Below are positions 9,841 through 18,653 of a DNA stretch of 64,000 nt, in pieces (the stretch's first letter is position 1; each line of letters opens with the position of its first letter). The translations under genes and the position numbers were made by a program. The stretch lies in assembly GCA_050117845.1 (NCBI GenBank), contig JASFLY010000004.1:134511-198510 (forward strand), given 5' to 3'. The notes beneath the pieces were generated by a model. It did not search any database and was not told where the DNA came from. It saw only the letters and a list, made by a program, of their open reading frames with translations. The stretch is from Candidatus Zixiibacteriota bacterium. GTDB taxonomy: Bacteria > RBG-13-66-14 > B26-G2 > WVWN01.

Positions 9841-10144
9841 ATAATTCTACCCCGCCGGATACGGCTTCTTCGTATATTACGCCCGGGATATCGCCGTAAC
9901 GCGCCATTATCTCTTCGGTCGCGACGATTACGTCGACCGGCGTTCCCAGGCCCGTCAGGGCCCGTTGGATCTCAATCGCCAATTTCCGCCGCGACGCCGC
10001 CTCTTCCACGACGACGAGAATGTCGATATCGCTATCCTCGTCGGCTCCGCCCCGCGCCCGCGAGCCGAATAGGATTATCCGGGTCGGCGCCGTTAAGGCC
10101 CGTATCCTGTCCACGATTTCTTCCGCTGTTTTACGTTCGAGCAT
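9830..10144 (-). CDS. Minimal nucleotidyltransferase (MNT) of an MNT-HEPN pair
   Basis: ILFGSRARGGADEDSDIDILVV (GSx10DxD); 104 aa; overlaps the HEPN start. Confidence 0.92.
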   Translation of the reverse strand: MLERKTAEEIVDRIRALTAPTRIILFGSRARGGADEDSDIDILVVVEEAASRRKLAIEIQRALTGLGTPVDVIVATEEIMARYGDIPGVIYEEAVSGGVELYAG

Positions 10145-10319
10145 TACGGCTTCCCTTCGGATAAATTATACCACGTAGGCGTTTAACGGGGCACCTTTTG
10201 TTACCTCCCCGCGGTGGGACGGGCCGGGTTTATAGGAGGCCGGGGCGCACAACAAAACGCCGGCCGCGAGGCCGGCGGCGATTTCCCGTCTAAGCATTCC
10301 CTTCCTCCCGCAACGTTTT

Positions 10320-11009
10320 CTACTCCTTCACCGTCCACAGCGCCGCGCCGCCCAGCGCGAAGGCCGCGGCCTGCGTCAACGTCTGGAAAAACAGGCCGCC
10401 GTTGGCGAGCACCGGCATGTGCAGCGCGAAGCCGGCGAGCGACAACAGGAAAAAGAAGAACGTCAGAAGAAAGGCCCCCGTGGCCCACCGGGCCACGCGG
10501 CTCCCCGCCCGGAAGAAGGCCAACGCCCACAGCAGGAACCAGACGTAGGTCACGAAGATCATCGGCATGCTGACGGCCTCGGCCATCAGGTTGAACAGCA
10601 GCACCACGTCGCCCGGCGGTACCGCCGCCAGCAAGGCCCCTTCCTCCCCGGCGGCGGCGAGGCGGAACGCGGTGGCCTCCAGAAGGTGGCCGACGAGGCT
10701 CAGCACCAGCGCGAGCGCTCCGACGGCCAGGCCGCCCCACGCAAGGCCCGGCGTCCGGCGGCCCAGGTAGACGCCGAAGGCCGGCAGGGCCGCGGCCAAC
10801 AGGAACCAGGCCACTATCTCGAGCTGCATCGCGAGGCCCGCGGCCCGGCTGCCGTAGATCTCGAAGAGCTTGGTCGCCGTGGGCGTCGCTATCTCGTAGA
10901 CCTCGGGCCCCACGCCGACGGCGATGAGGACCCAGCTCGTAAGTAAAAGGCCGGCGTAGGCAATCGCCAAGCCGCCGGCCCATTTAAAATAAGTGCGATA
11001 ATGGTCCAT
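10320..11009 (-). CDS. Integral membrane protein (about 6 TM), unknown function
   Basis: Hydrophobic 229-aa ORF 14 nt downstream of the cluster's last gene; may be co-transcribed. Confidence 0.7.
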   Translation of the reverse strand: MDHYRTYFKWAGGLAIAYAGLLLTSWVLIAVGVGPEVYEIATPTATKLFEIYGSRAAGLAMQLEIVAWFLLAAALPAFGVYLGRRTPGLAWGGLAVGALALVLSLVGHLLEATAFRLAAAGEEGALLAAVPPGDVVLLFNLMAEAVSMPMIFVTYVWFLLWALAFFRAGSRVARWATGAFLLTFFFFLLSLAGFALHMPVLANGGLFFQTLTQAAAFALGGAALWTVKE

Positions 11010-11023
11010 ATTCTCGCTTTACG

Positions 11024-11734
11024 TCAACTTATGATACCCAGCCAGTCGCGCAGGAGGAACTGCAGGCGGCCGATAAGCAGGCTCACGCGCGCCATGACGG
11101 TGTAGCCGAAGGAGGCGCCGAAGCCGATCATTAAAAAGACGATGCCTATCTTCGCGACGCCGCCGACGAAGCCCTTGTGGTCGGTGGAGAAGAAGAAGTA
11201 GGTCAGCGTGCAAATAACGCCGATTATCATCAACGGCCCCGAGATGGCCAGGACGATACTACCCCAGCCCGGGTGGCTGAAGAAGTTGCCGAAGAGGGCC
11301 AGCGAGAAAACCGGGTCCCCCGCTTTCATGAAGGTCCCGTATATCTGGGCGAGGATGTAAGCTTGCATGTATCCCGTTATGACGAGGCCCTGGAACGCGC
11401 CGAAGTAGAAGCCGATGGCCCAGCGGCTCATCCAGGCGATTTTCGGAATCAACCTCGTCAGGATGAGGAGGCCCAGAATCCCCGGAATCAGCGCCGCGAG
11501 GTCTCCGGTGAAGCCGCCGCCGGAGAAGAGCGTCGAGAAGCCGTTCTTGAGCGGTGTCAGGAGGTTGGGTACGACCAGGTTCCAGAAATATATGACGAAG
11601 AAGTACCCGGCCGAGACGCCTACCAGCAAGTGCTCCGCGAATTTATAGAACGGGTTGTCCTTGTAAAGGAACGAGTAGATGCAGAGCGTCAGAATCGCGG
11701 CTACCCAGATCCAAATATCGGTCGATATATGCAT
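11024..11734 (-). CDS. Multi-TM protein, module gene D (copy 2)
   Basis: SFLYKDNPFYKFAEH..VGVSAG and GFGASFGYTVMARVSLLIGR are nearly identical to 18654-19373. Confidence 0.9.
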   Translation of the reverse strand: MHISTDIWIWVAAILTLCIYSFLYKDNPFYKFAEHLLVGVSAGYFFVIYFWNLVVPNLLTPLKNGFSTLFSGGGFTGDLAALIPGILGLLILTRLIPKIAWMSRWAIGFYFGAFQGLVITGYMQAYILAQIYGTFMKAGDPVFSLALFGNFFSHPGWGSIVLAISGPLMIIGVICTLTYFFFSTDHKGFVGGVAKIGIVFLMIGFGASFGYTVMARVSLLIGRLQFLLRDWLGIIS

Positions 11735-11770
11735 AACATATCCTCCGCGCGCGAAGGCGAAAGGCCGCCC

Positions 11771-12604
11771 TTACGCCATCTCTCGTTTCTTCGCCCGATG
11801 GGAGAAGAAGTAGGCGACGTTGCCAAGCAGTATCACGAAGACCACGAAAAGATGGATGATCGTCTGCGCGTCCATCCCCTTGAGGCCGTCGTCCGGCCGG
11901 TTTATCAATTTTTCATACTCGGCCGCGCCCTTCAGGCCGCCGATGAGGCCGACGAGTTGGCCGGTTTGGAGATAAGGATAGTAATCCGCGGCCATAACCG
12001 CGGTAACGCCGGCGGCTACCTCTTGACCGTAACGCTCGTGCGCGTACGCCACCCACGCGTCGGGGAAGGTAGAGCCCGACATAGTGATAACGAGGCCGAT
12101 GTCGTTGTAATTGTTTACGTCTTTCATCAGGGGGATGTCGTCGAGAGGCGTGTTGAAGTAATCTGCCGGGTAACTGACGTCGAAATCCTGCCCCATCGAC
12201 AATATTACCGCGGACGACCCGACTTTATAGCCCAGGAAGACGTAGTCTTCGCCGTATTCCGCGCCCATTTCCTTCGATACCCGGTCGGAGATCTCTAGCG
12301 CGAGACCCGGCCCGCCCGGGTGGAGGACCGTAATGATGACCGGCAGATCCCGGGAGAAACAGTGCCGTAGGATCGCGGTGGTCATCGGCGACAACTCGGG
12401 TTGGGTGGAGGGGTCGTAATCCACCGAGACTATCACCGGCGTTCCCGGCGGCAATTCCTCGATGGCGTTATAAACGTTCTCGACCGGGGGGGACGTCGTC
12501 ACCGCGAGGCCGAGCGGCCAGACGAGCGGGATGATGACGCCCAACGCTACGAAAATAAAAATATAGCGGCGGTCGATATGTAAAAATCTTTCGTACAGGT
12601 TCAT
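11771..12604 (-). CDS. 2-TM protein with a large soluble domain, module gene C (copy 2)
   Basis: DYDP, YGEDYVFLGYK and YPYLQTGQLVGLIGGLKGAAEYE shared with 19414-20274. Confidence 0.9.
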   Translation of the reverse strand: MNLYERFLHIDRRYIFIFVALGVIIPLVWPLGLAVTTSPPVENVYNAIEELPPGTPVIVSVDYDPSTQPELSPMTTAILRHCFSRDLPVIITVLHPGGPGLALEISDRVSKEMGAEYGEDYVFLGYKVGSSAVILSMGQDFDVSYPADYFNTPLDDIPLMKDVNNYNDIGLVITMSGSTFPDAWVAYAHERYGQEVAAGVTAVMAADYYPYLQTGQLVGLIGGLKGAAEYEKLINRPDDGLKGMDAQTIIHLFVVFVILLGNVAYFFSHRAKKREMA

Positions 12605-12637
12605 CGCAAAACCTCCGCGCGCGGAGCCGACGCCATT

Positions 12638-13261
12638 TTAGTCGCCGCCGCCCAACCACGAGCGTTCGATACCCAGGATGATTTTCAACGCCGTCGATAT
12701 GGCGCCAAGGCCGATGCCGATCATGATGCCACGTTTGGCCGCCATGTTCGGATAGTCCAATATCCACTCCGCCAGGTCCGGCAGCCACTGGCCCACGATA
12801 CCCTCCAGCGGCACCCGTCCCAACATCACGATGACGGCGGCGATGAGAAGCAGCGTCGCTTCCAGCGTCCGGGCCCGGAAGGTCCGGAACGCCGCCGACG
12901 CGATGTAGAACGCAAGGAGCGAGAACATCGTCGCCTGCATCGGGATCTGGACGTAATTGTACAGGACCATGAACGGACTGTCGGCGCCGATGCCCCACCC
13001 GAACCCCGTCACCAGCGAGGCCGAAATACCGAATAGCGCGACGATGCTGTACAGCCAGTCGCGCCGCCGGTGTTGGACCTTCTGAATGTGGAGTTTGATG
13101 AGGTTACCGATGCCCAGTATCATGGCGAATGTGAGCACGATAATGAGCCACTTCAACATGTTGTCGAAGAGCCATTGCGAGTAGCGGTGCGGGATGAAGA
13201 ACTGCACCGCCATTATCAGGCCCATTATAAAACAAATCGCGAGAGGTAATTCCCTACGCAT
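12638..13261 (-). CDS. Integral membrane protein (about 6 TM), module gene B (copy 2)
   Basis: TMFSLLAFYIASAAFRTFRART and KIILGIERSWLG shared with 20317-20952. Confidence 0.9.
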   Translation of the reverse strand: MRRELPLAICFIMGLIMAVQFFIPHRYSQWLFDNMLKWLIIVLTFAMILGIGNLIKLHIQKVQHRRRDWLYSIVALFGISASLVTGFGWGIGADSPFMVLYNYVQIPMQATMFSLLAFYIASAAFRTFRARTLEATLLLIAAVIVMLGRVPLEGIVGQWLPDLAEWILDYPNMAAKRGIMIGIGLGAISTALKIILGIERSWLGGGD

Positions 13262-13279
13262 AATTGCCTCCGGACACGG

Positions 13280-14416
13280 CTAACTCGCCGAAGTCTCGAA
13301 CAGTTTCGCGAACCACAGGCCGAGGTCGGTTGAGATAATTAGGAATAAGGTGCCGACTATCAGCGCGAGCATAATAGCGGCCTTCGCCCAGTCCTGCCCC
13401 TTCAGGCTCCCCAGGAACAGAGGGTCCCGGCCCAGGTACGCCGTCGCGGCGTAAAGCTCCTCGCCCATGAGGGTGTAGTCGCAGGCCGTGATGAAGAAGG
13501 GCAGCTGGGTGACGCGGTCCGTTCCCGCTATCTGGATGGCGCCGGTCTCCGCGCCGGTTTCCGCCAGGATGAGCGATTCCGCGTAGAACGCGCCCATGTA
13601 GAAGTTGGTCGCCGGCTTTTCGCGGAGCATAATGCCGTCCACCGCCGCCACGTAACCGAACTGCGACTGCGTGACGAAGAAGACCGAGTCGTCGTCGAAG
13701 GCGTCCGGCTTGCCCATTTCGGTGTACGCCTGCTTGACCATTTCCTTCTCGACCATCATGACGATGGGGTCGTAGCAGGGGACGATGAGCGGCGTTTCGT
13801 ATTCCGCCGTCTTGCGGGCGACTTTCGCCAGGATCGTCATCGCGGCGATAGTCGATATCTCCGAGGCGTCGGCGAGGCCCGACACGAAGAGAATCGGCTT
13901 GCCCATTTCCGTCGCCCGGCCTATCGCCTCGTCCACCGCTTCCAGGCCGGCTATCTTGCGCACGAAGAGCTCCGCCCCGCCCTTGGCCCGGAAAATAAAG
14001 AATATTATAACGAAACTCACGAAGAGGACGCCGGCCAGGGCGTTCGTCCGGGCGGTATTGAACCACTGGCCGGAGGCCTTGGTCTCGGCGGTGCCCAGGA
14101 CCTCGCCGTCCGCCTTTACGCGGTACTCGTACAGGACGCCGTCCTCGACCCCTTCGTCCCGGAACGCGAGTTCGCCGACTACGTCCTCGGCGACGGCCGT
14201 AAATTCCTTCTCGCCCGCGGCTCGGCGTTCGACCGTGTAACCCTTGAAGCCGTCTTCCTTTTCGGCGGGGGAGGGTTGCCACGCGACGTTAATAACGCCG
14301 CCGGCGTCGTTGGGCGCGTCGTGCGCTTCGACCGCGGCGCCGCCCTCCTCGGCCGCGGCGAACGCCCCGGCCGGAACGAGGAGCGCTATCAGCAATAAGC
14401 CGTGTAGTATTCTCAT
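13280..14416 (-). CDS. Signal peptide + FN3-like domain + DUF6754-like domain, module gene A (copy 2)
   Basis: Start reassigned to ATG 14416 (ggaagg RBS). DAPNDAGGVINVAW FN3-like part, IAGLEAVDEAIGRATEMGKP, ESLILAETG and QLPFFITACDYTLMGEELYAA shared with 21005-22180. Confidence 0.88.
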   Translation of the reverse strand: MRILHGLLLIALLVPAGAFAAAEEGGAAVEAHDAPNDAGGVINVAWQPSPAEKEDGFKGYTVERRAAGEKEFTAVAEDVVGELAFRDEGVEDGVLYEYRVKADGEVLGTAETKASGQWFNTARTNALAGVLFVSFVIIFFIFRAKGGAELFVRKIAGLEAVDEAIGRATEMGKPILFVSGLADASEISTIAAMTILAKVARKTAEYETPLIVPCYDPIVMMVEKEMVKQAYTEMGKPDAFDDDSVFFVTQSQFGYVAAVDGIMLREKPATNFYMGAFYAESLILAETGAETGAIQIAGTDRVTQLPFFITACDYTLMGEELYAATAYLGRDPLFLGSLKGQDWAKAAIMLALIVGTLFLIISTDLGLWFAKLFETSAS

Positions 14417-14440
14417 AAGCGTACCTTCCAAGAAAGGAGT

Positions 14441-15577
14441 TTAACCCCGGCCCGACTCGATGAGTTCCACGTTGGCGCGCGGGATGATATCCTCGCCCCC
14501 GTCGTCGAATTTCACGCCGAGTACGCGGACCTTGGCTTCCGTTTCCAAAACTTGGAGTTCCACGGGCAGGGACGTAACTTCGCCCAATTTCCCGAAATAG
14601 GGGTCCCGGATGACGCGGACCCGCGAACCGGTTTCCAGGTTGGACCCGCCGCCCTCCTCCACGCCCACCTTGGCCATGACCTTGCCGGGGCGCGGGATGA
14701 TAATCTCCGGCCGGATGACGCCCGCGCGAATCTGCGTGGCGCCGTTGATGGAGGCCAGCATTCCCTCGCACGATTTTAAAAGATCGAAGGTGGCCTGGGC
14801 CATCGGCATGGCGCCGAAGCCCTCCGTCACGATGAGGGTGATGCCCAGATTCTCGTGGCCGGTTATGGCGACGCCCAGGTCGAAGCCCAGGAAATCACGG
14901 AGGTCGCCGTCGTGGAAGCCGCCGGCGATGAAGCCCACCGCGCCTATTTCGATGGCGCGCTTGAGGGCCGCGGCGCTGGCCAGACTGCCGCCCAGGATGA
15001 CCTGATCCTTGCATTCCGGGCCGATGTCCTCGGGCGTGAGTACGTCCGACGGAGAGCCGGCGACGGTCTTCATCTTGCCGTGGGCCTCGCCGCCGATGCC
15101 GAAGATGCCCTGCACGAAGGTGCCGACGCACTCCACGTCCACGCCCTCGTTGCCGATGACGTCGACGACCTCGCCCTCGATGTAGGCCGTGACGGAAACC
15201 TCCAGCGGCGGTTCCCGCACGATGACCTGGCCCGTTACGTCCGATACCGTTTCTATCGTCCCGGCGACGGGGGACGTCGCCTTGGACGTGAAGAGGCCGA
15301 AGAGCTGTTTCATCTGGGCGATGACCTGGTTCTCGTCGACCTTGTCGTTCTCCTTGAGGAGCATGTATTTGGGGACGTCCTCGGGGGGCATGCCGAGCTT
15401 GTTAGCGACGTTCACCGTCTCGACGTTGCCGGGCAAAAAGGTCCGGGCCGCGATGTCGAGCGCCGTGACCTTGTCGCCTTTGTTCACGAGGACCTCGCCC
15501 GCGAGGGGGAGGCGGCGCTGCTTGCGCACCAGCGCGGTCTCTACTACTTTTAAGCCGGGGGTATAGGCGTGGGCCAT
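14441..15577 (-). CDS. Conserved hypothetical soluble protein with barrel-sandwich-hybrid-like repeats and a KOW/SH3-like C-terminus
   Basis: VLVNKGDKV / KENDKVDENQVIA / SPVAGTIETV segments; C-terminal GSRVRVIRDPYFGKLGEV. Confidence 0.8.
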   Translation of the reverse strand: MAHAYTPGLKVVETALVRKQRRLPLAGEVLVNKGDKVTALDIAARTFLPGNVETVNVANKLGMPPEDVPKYMLLKENDKVDENQVIAQMKQLFGLFTSKATSPVAGTIETVSDVTGQVIVREPPLEVSVTAYIEGEVVDVIGNEGVDVECVGTFVQGIFGIGGEAHGKMKTVAGSPSDVLTPEDIGPECKDQVILGGSLASAAALKRAIEIGAVGFIAGGFHDGDLRDFLGFDLGVAITGHENLGITLIVTEGFGAMPMAQATFDLLKSCEGMLASINGATQIRAGVIRPEIIIPRPGKVMAKVGVEEGGGSNLETGSRVRVIRDPYFGKLGEVTSLPVELQVLETEAKVRVLGVKFDDGGEDIIPRANVELIESGRG

Positions 15578-15593
15578 GGGTTACTCCTGGATA

Positions 15594-16301
15594 TTATCTC
15601 GGTTTGGCCTCCGCGGCCGTCGTCAACTTATACGTCAATTTCCCGAGCAACGTTTTGCCGGACCATTTGACCAGCGAACCGTCCTCGACGAACCAATACG
15701 TGGTGTCGCCCAGGCCGCCCTTGGCGGCGATGACCTTGGCCTCCACGCTCTCGCCCGCGGCGTCCACGGTCTGGTCCGCGACGTATTCCAATTTCGTTTT
15801 ATGGACCTTCCCGGTGTCGAGGTCTACGGCCCGGACTTCGGTCTTCCCGCCGGGCGCGGTCAGGTTTTCCAGCATTTCCGAGGCCTCAACGATGCCGAAT
15901 TCCTCGGCCGGAACGTCCACGGTTTCTTCCTTGTCGCCTTTGGTTATAACTATGCTGAAGCCATCCGCGGTGCGGGTGGCTTTGGCCTGCTTGGTCTTGC
16001 CCTTCTCCGTAACGGTGGAGGAGTAGTACACGGTCTTGCCGCCGCTTTTGTACCGGTCCACCGTGAGTTTCCTGGTGAACAAGTTCGCCTTGTCGCGGTG
16101 GGTCTCGGTCACCTCGGTGAAGCGCTGGACGACGGTATTGCCCAGCGTGGCGCTGCTCTCGACCACGTGGCAGTAGCCGACGTGCTTGTCGCCCTCGTAG
16201 ACGGCGTACCACCAGTCGGCGGCGGCCGGCGCCGCCACCGCCCCTGCCAAAACCAGGGCCGCGAGTACGGTCATTCGCAGATTACCGACTCGAGAAGTCA
16301 T
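15594..16301 (-). CDS. Secreted beta-rich protein, unknown function
   Basis: Signal peptide ending APAAA, then DWWYAVYEGDKHVGY; Thr/Val/Lys-rich strands. Alternative start at MTVL. Confidence 0.75.
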   Translation of the reverse strand: MTSRVGNLRMTVLAALVLAGAVAAPAAADWWYAVYEGDKHVGYCHVVESSATLGNTVVQRFTEVTETHRDKANLFTRKLTVDRYKSGGKTVYYSSTVTEKGKTKQAKATRTADGFSIVITKGDKEETVDVPAEEFGIVEASEMLENLTAPGGKTEVRAVDLDTGKVHKTKLEYVADQTVDAAGESVEAKVIAAKGGLGDTTYWFVEDGSLVKWSGKTLLGKLTYKLTTAAEAKPR

Positions 16302-16383
16302 GCGTATGCTCCCTTCGCTTCCCTCCGGGCGCGGCCTCTCGGGCCGACCCGCCGGGACCAGCGTTCGGGTATGAATTTATCCC

Positions 16384-18198
16384 TTAATCGCCGTAGCCGG
16401 GGTAAGCGCCCAGGGCGCTCAACCACCGGCCGAGCGCTTCGACGCGCGCCGTCTCGTCCTCGGGCAACTCGAGAGGCCGGCCGCGGCAGTCCACGATGAC
16501 GCCGACGGAGCCGCCCTCTATCTCGACCTCGCGCGCCTGACCCTTGCCTTCGCCGATGTCGAAGGGGCGCACCGGGTCCAGTTTGACCTTTATCTTCTCA
16601 CCTACGCCGAGCGGCAGAAGCGCCATCTCGCCGTACTTGATTTCCTCTTCGATGTGGCCTTTGCCGGGCCATTCGCCCGAGATGCGCAGGCAGGCCTGGC
16701 CCTTCTTGCCGTTGCCTATAGCCGCGATGCACGAGCCCAGCCGCACCAGGCAGTCGCGCTCGAAGACGTGGGTAGCGGCCTCGGGCATGACGGTGGAGAG
16801 GACGCCGAGCTGCGGCATCATGAATATCGAGTCGACGGCGAGGAAGGTCACGGCTTCCGGCCGGAAGCCGTCTATAAGCATCATCGCCGCCTGGACCCGC
16901 CGCGGCGCGTGGGACAGGACGCCGCCGGAACCCACCAGGATGTCCAGCGTCAACATATTGACGAGCGTCTCGCCGGTCATCGTCTGGCTGAAGGCGTCCG
17001 AAATCGTCCGCTCCTGCTGAATGCCCTTCAGGCCTACGGCCAGCTCCTTGTGCTGGACGAAGGCGAGCCGCAGGGCCTCGCGGGCGATGGCCTGTTCGAC
17101 TATGAGTTCGGTGCGGGTTTGCGGAATGGTCGTGGGCCGGATCATCTTGTTGCGGATGCGGTCCCGCAGGGCGCGCTCGTCCATTTCCGATTTGGGGAAG
17201 GGGACCCAGCGGATGATATCCGGCAGGCCGGCCTCGGCCAGGACGTTCGAGATGGAGTAGGACATCCCCAGGTTGGCCGAGACGGTCCGGTTGAAGACGT
17301 CCGAGAATACGGAGAAGATATCCGTGGTGGCGCCGCCGATGTCGACGCCGATGACCTCGACGCCGTCGCGTTTGGCGATGGTCTGGATGATGGCTCCCAC
17401 CGCCGCCGGCGTGGGCATTATGGGCACGGCGGTCCAGGACATGAGCTTGGAGTAGCCCGGTGCCTGCGCCATGACGTGCTCCATAAACAGGTTATGGATC
17501 TCGTGGCGGGCGGGCCCCAGGTTCTCGCGCTCCAGCACCGGCCGGATGTTGTCGACGAGGTAGAGCGAGGTTTTATCGCCCAGCGTCCCCTCGATGTTCC
17601 CGCGGGCGTCCTTGTTACCGGCGTATATGACCGGGAGCTGGTACCCGGCGCCGAAGCGGGGCCGCGGGTCCGCGGCGCCTATGAGCTCCGCCAGCTCGAC
17701 GACGTGGCTTATCGTGCCGCCGTCGATGCCGCCCGAGAGGAGGATCATGTCGGGCCGGAGGCGCCGGATGGCCTCTATCTTCTCGTGGGCCAGCCGGCCG
17801 TCGTTCGACGCCAGGACGTCCATGACGATGGCCCCGGCGCCGAGGGCGGCGCGCTGGGCCGACTCGCCCGTCATCGACTTGACGACGCCGGCCACCATCA
17901 TCTGGAGGCCGCCGCCGGCCGACGACGTGGACATGTAAATATCGGTCCCGTCGGAGCCGCTTTCCGAGACGTACACCTTGTCGTCGGCGATGAGCTTGCG
18001 CTTCGCCAGCTCCTCGACTTCGCCCACGGCGTTGAGCACGCCCCGGGTAACGTCCTCGGCGGGTTTTTCGACGGTGGTAGGGGCTTCGCCCCTGACTTTG
18101 AGACGGAATTCGTCGCCTTCCTTCTGGATGAGGATGGCCTTGGTCGTGGTGCTGCCACAGTCCGTGGCTACGATGGTCTTTACGTTGGAAACGTCCAT
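16384..18198 (-). CDS. GlmL/MutL-family (glutamate/methylaspartate mutase reactivase-like) ASKHA ATPase
   Basis: DCGSTTTKA (phosphate-1), SSAGGGLQM, PDMILLSGGIDGG, IMPTP and VDIGGATTD (phosphate-2) motifs. Confidence 0.88.
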   Translation of the reverse strand: MDVSNVKTIVATDCGSTTTKAILIQKEGDEFRLKVRGEAPTTVEKPAEDVTRGVLNAVGEVEELAKRKLIADDKVYVSESGSDGTDIYMSTSSAGGGLQMMVAGVVKSMTGESAQRAALGAGAIVMDVLASNDGRLAHEKIEAIRRLRPDMILLSGGIDGGTISHVVELAELIGAADPRPRFGAGYQLPVIYAGNKDARGNIEGTLGDKTSLYLVDNIRPVLERENLGPARHEIHNLFMEHVMAQAPGYSKLMSWTAVPIMPTPAAVGAIIQTIAKRDGVEVIGVDIGGATTDIFSVFSDVFNRTVSANLGMSYSISNVLAEAGLPDIIRWVPFPKSEMDERALRDRIRNKMIRPTTIPQTRTELIVEQAIAREALRLAFVQHKELAVGLKGIQQERTISDAFSQTMTGETLVNMLTLDILVGSGGVLSHAPRRVQAAMMLIDGFRPEAVTFLAVDSIFMMPQLGVLSTVMPEAATHVFERDCLVRLGSCIAAIGNGKKGQACLRISGEWPGKGHIEEEIKYGEMALLPLGVGEKIKVKLDPVRPFDIGEGKGQAREVEIEGGSVGVIVDCRGRPLELPEDETARVEALGRWLSALGAYPGYGD

Positions 18199-18247
18199 AT
18201 CTCCGCTAAGGTAATGGGGTGCCGGGAAGCCGGGCGGCTAATTCCGC

Positions 18248-18598
18248 CTACTTGCCCTTCCGCCGTTTCTTTTTTTCTTTCATCTCGGCCCGGAATTGGG
18301 CGTCCTGCCGCTCGATGGCCGACAGCAAACGCTCTATATTCTCGCGGTCCTCGAGGGCGATGCGAACGTCGTTGTACCCCCGAGCGCTGAATATGGCGCT
18401 GACCAGCGGGTCGAAGAAAACCATGACCTGCGAGCCGATGAACGAAAGCGGTTTGGTTGACTCTAAAAAGAAAATCGCCGGCGCCGTAAGGTTCCGAACT
18501 ACTATGGCCCGGGCGATCTTTTCTATTAACTCGTCGCGTCTCTCCGGCGACAACTCGCCGTACGCCGGTTGGCTGGTAGTATCTAAAAGGCGTGGCAT
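18248..18598 (-). CDS. Small hypothetical protein
   Basis: ELIEKIA...APAIFFLESTKPLSFIGSQ; fills the operon gap on the same strand. Confidence 0.8.
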   Translation of the reverse strand: MPRLLDTTSQPAYGELSPERRDELIEKIARAIVVRNLTAPAIFFLESTKPLSFIGSQVMVFFDPLVSAIFSARGYNDVRIALEDRENIERLLSAIERQDAQFRAEMKEKKKRRKGK

Positions 18599-18653
18599 TA
18601 TAACGGTCGGTTTCCTAACGGCCTATAATAGGGACGGGCGCGGGGCTTATGAA

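Noticed and set aside
8454..10144. tRNA-Thr as an integration site for an island carrying MNT-HEPN
   Set aside because: No integrase and no repeated tRNA 3' end (att site) was seen in the window.
16384..18198. Calling the gene DNA-mismatch-repair mutL or a functional glutamate mutase
   Set aside because: Motifs are ASKHA-type, not GHKL; no mutase or B12-binding subunits are present.
16654..18390. 578-aa plus-strand ORF (likewise 24750-26141, 29665-31182, 40237-41868, 42466-44346)
   Set aside because: Each lies antisense to a well-supported gene and has no recognisable motifs.
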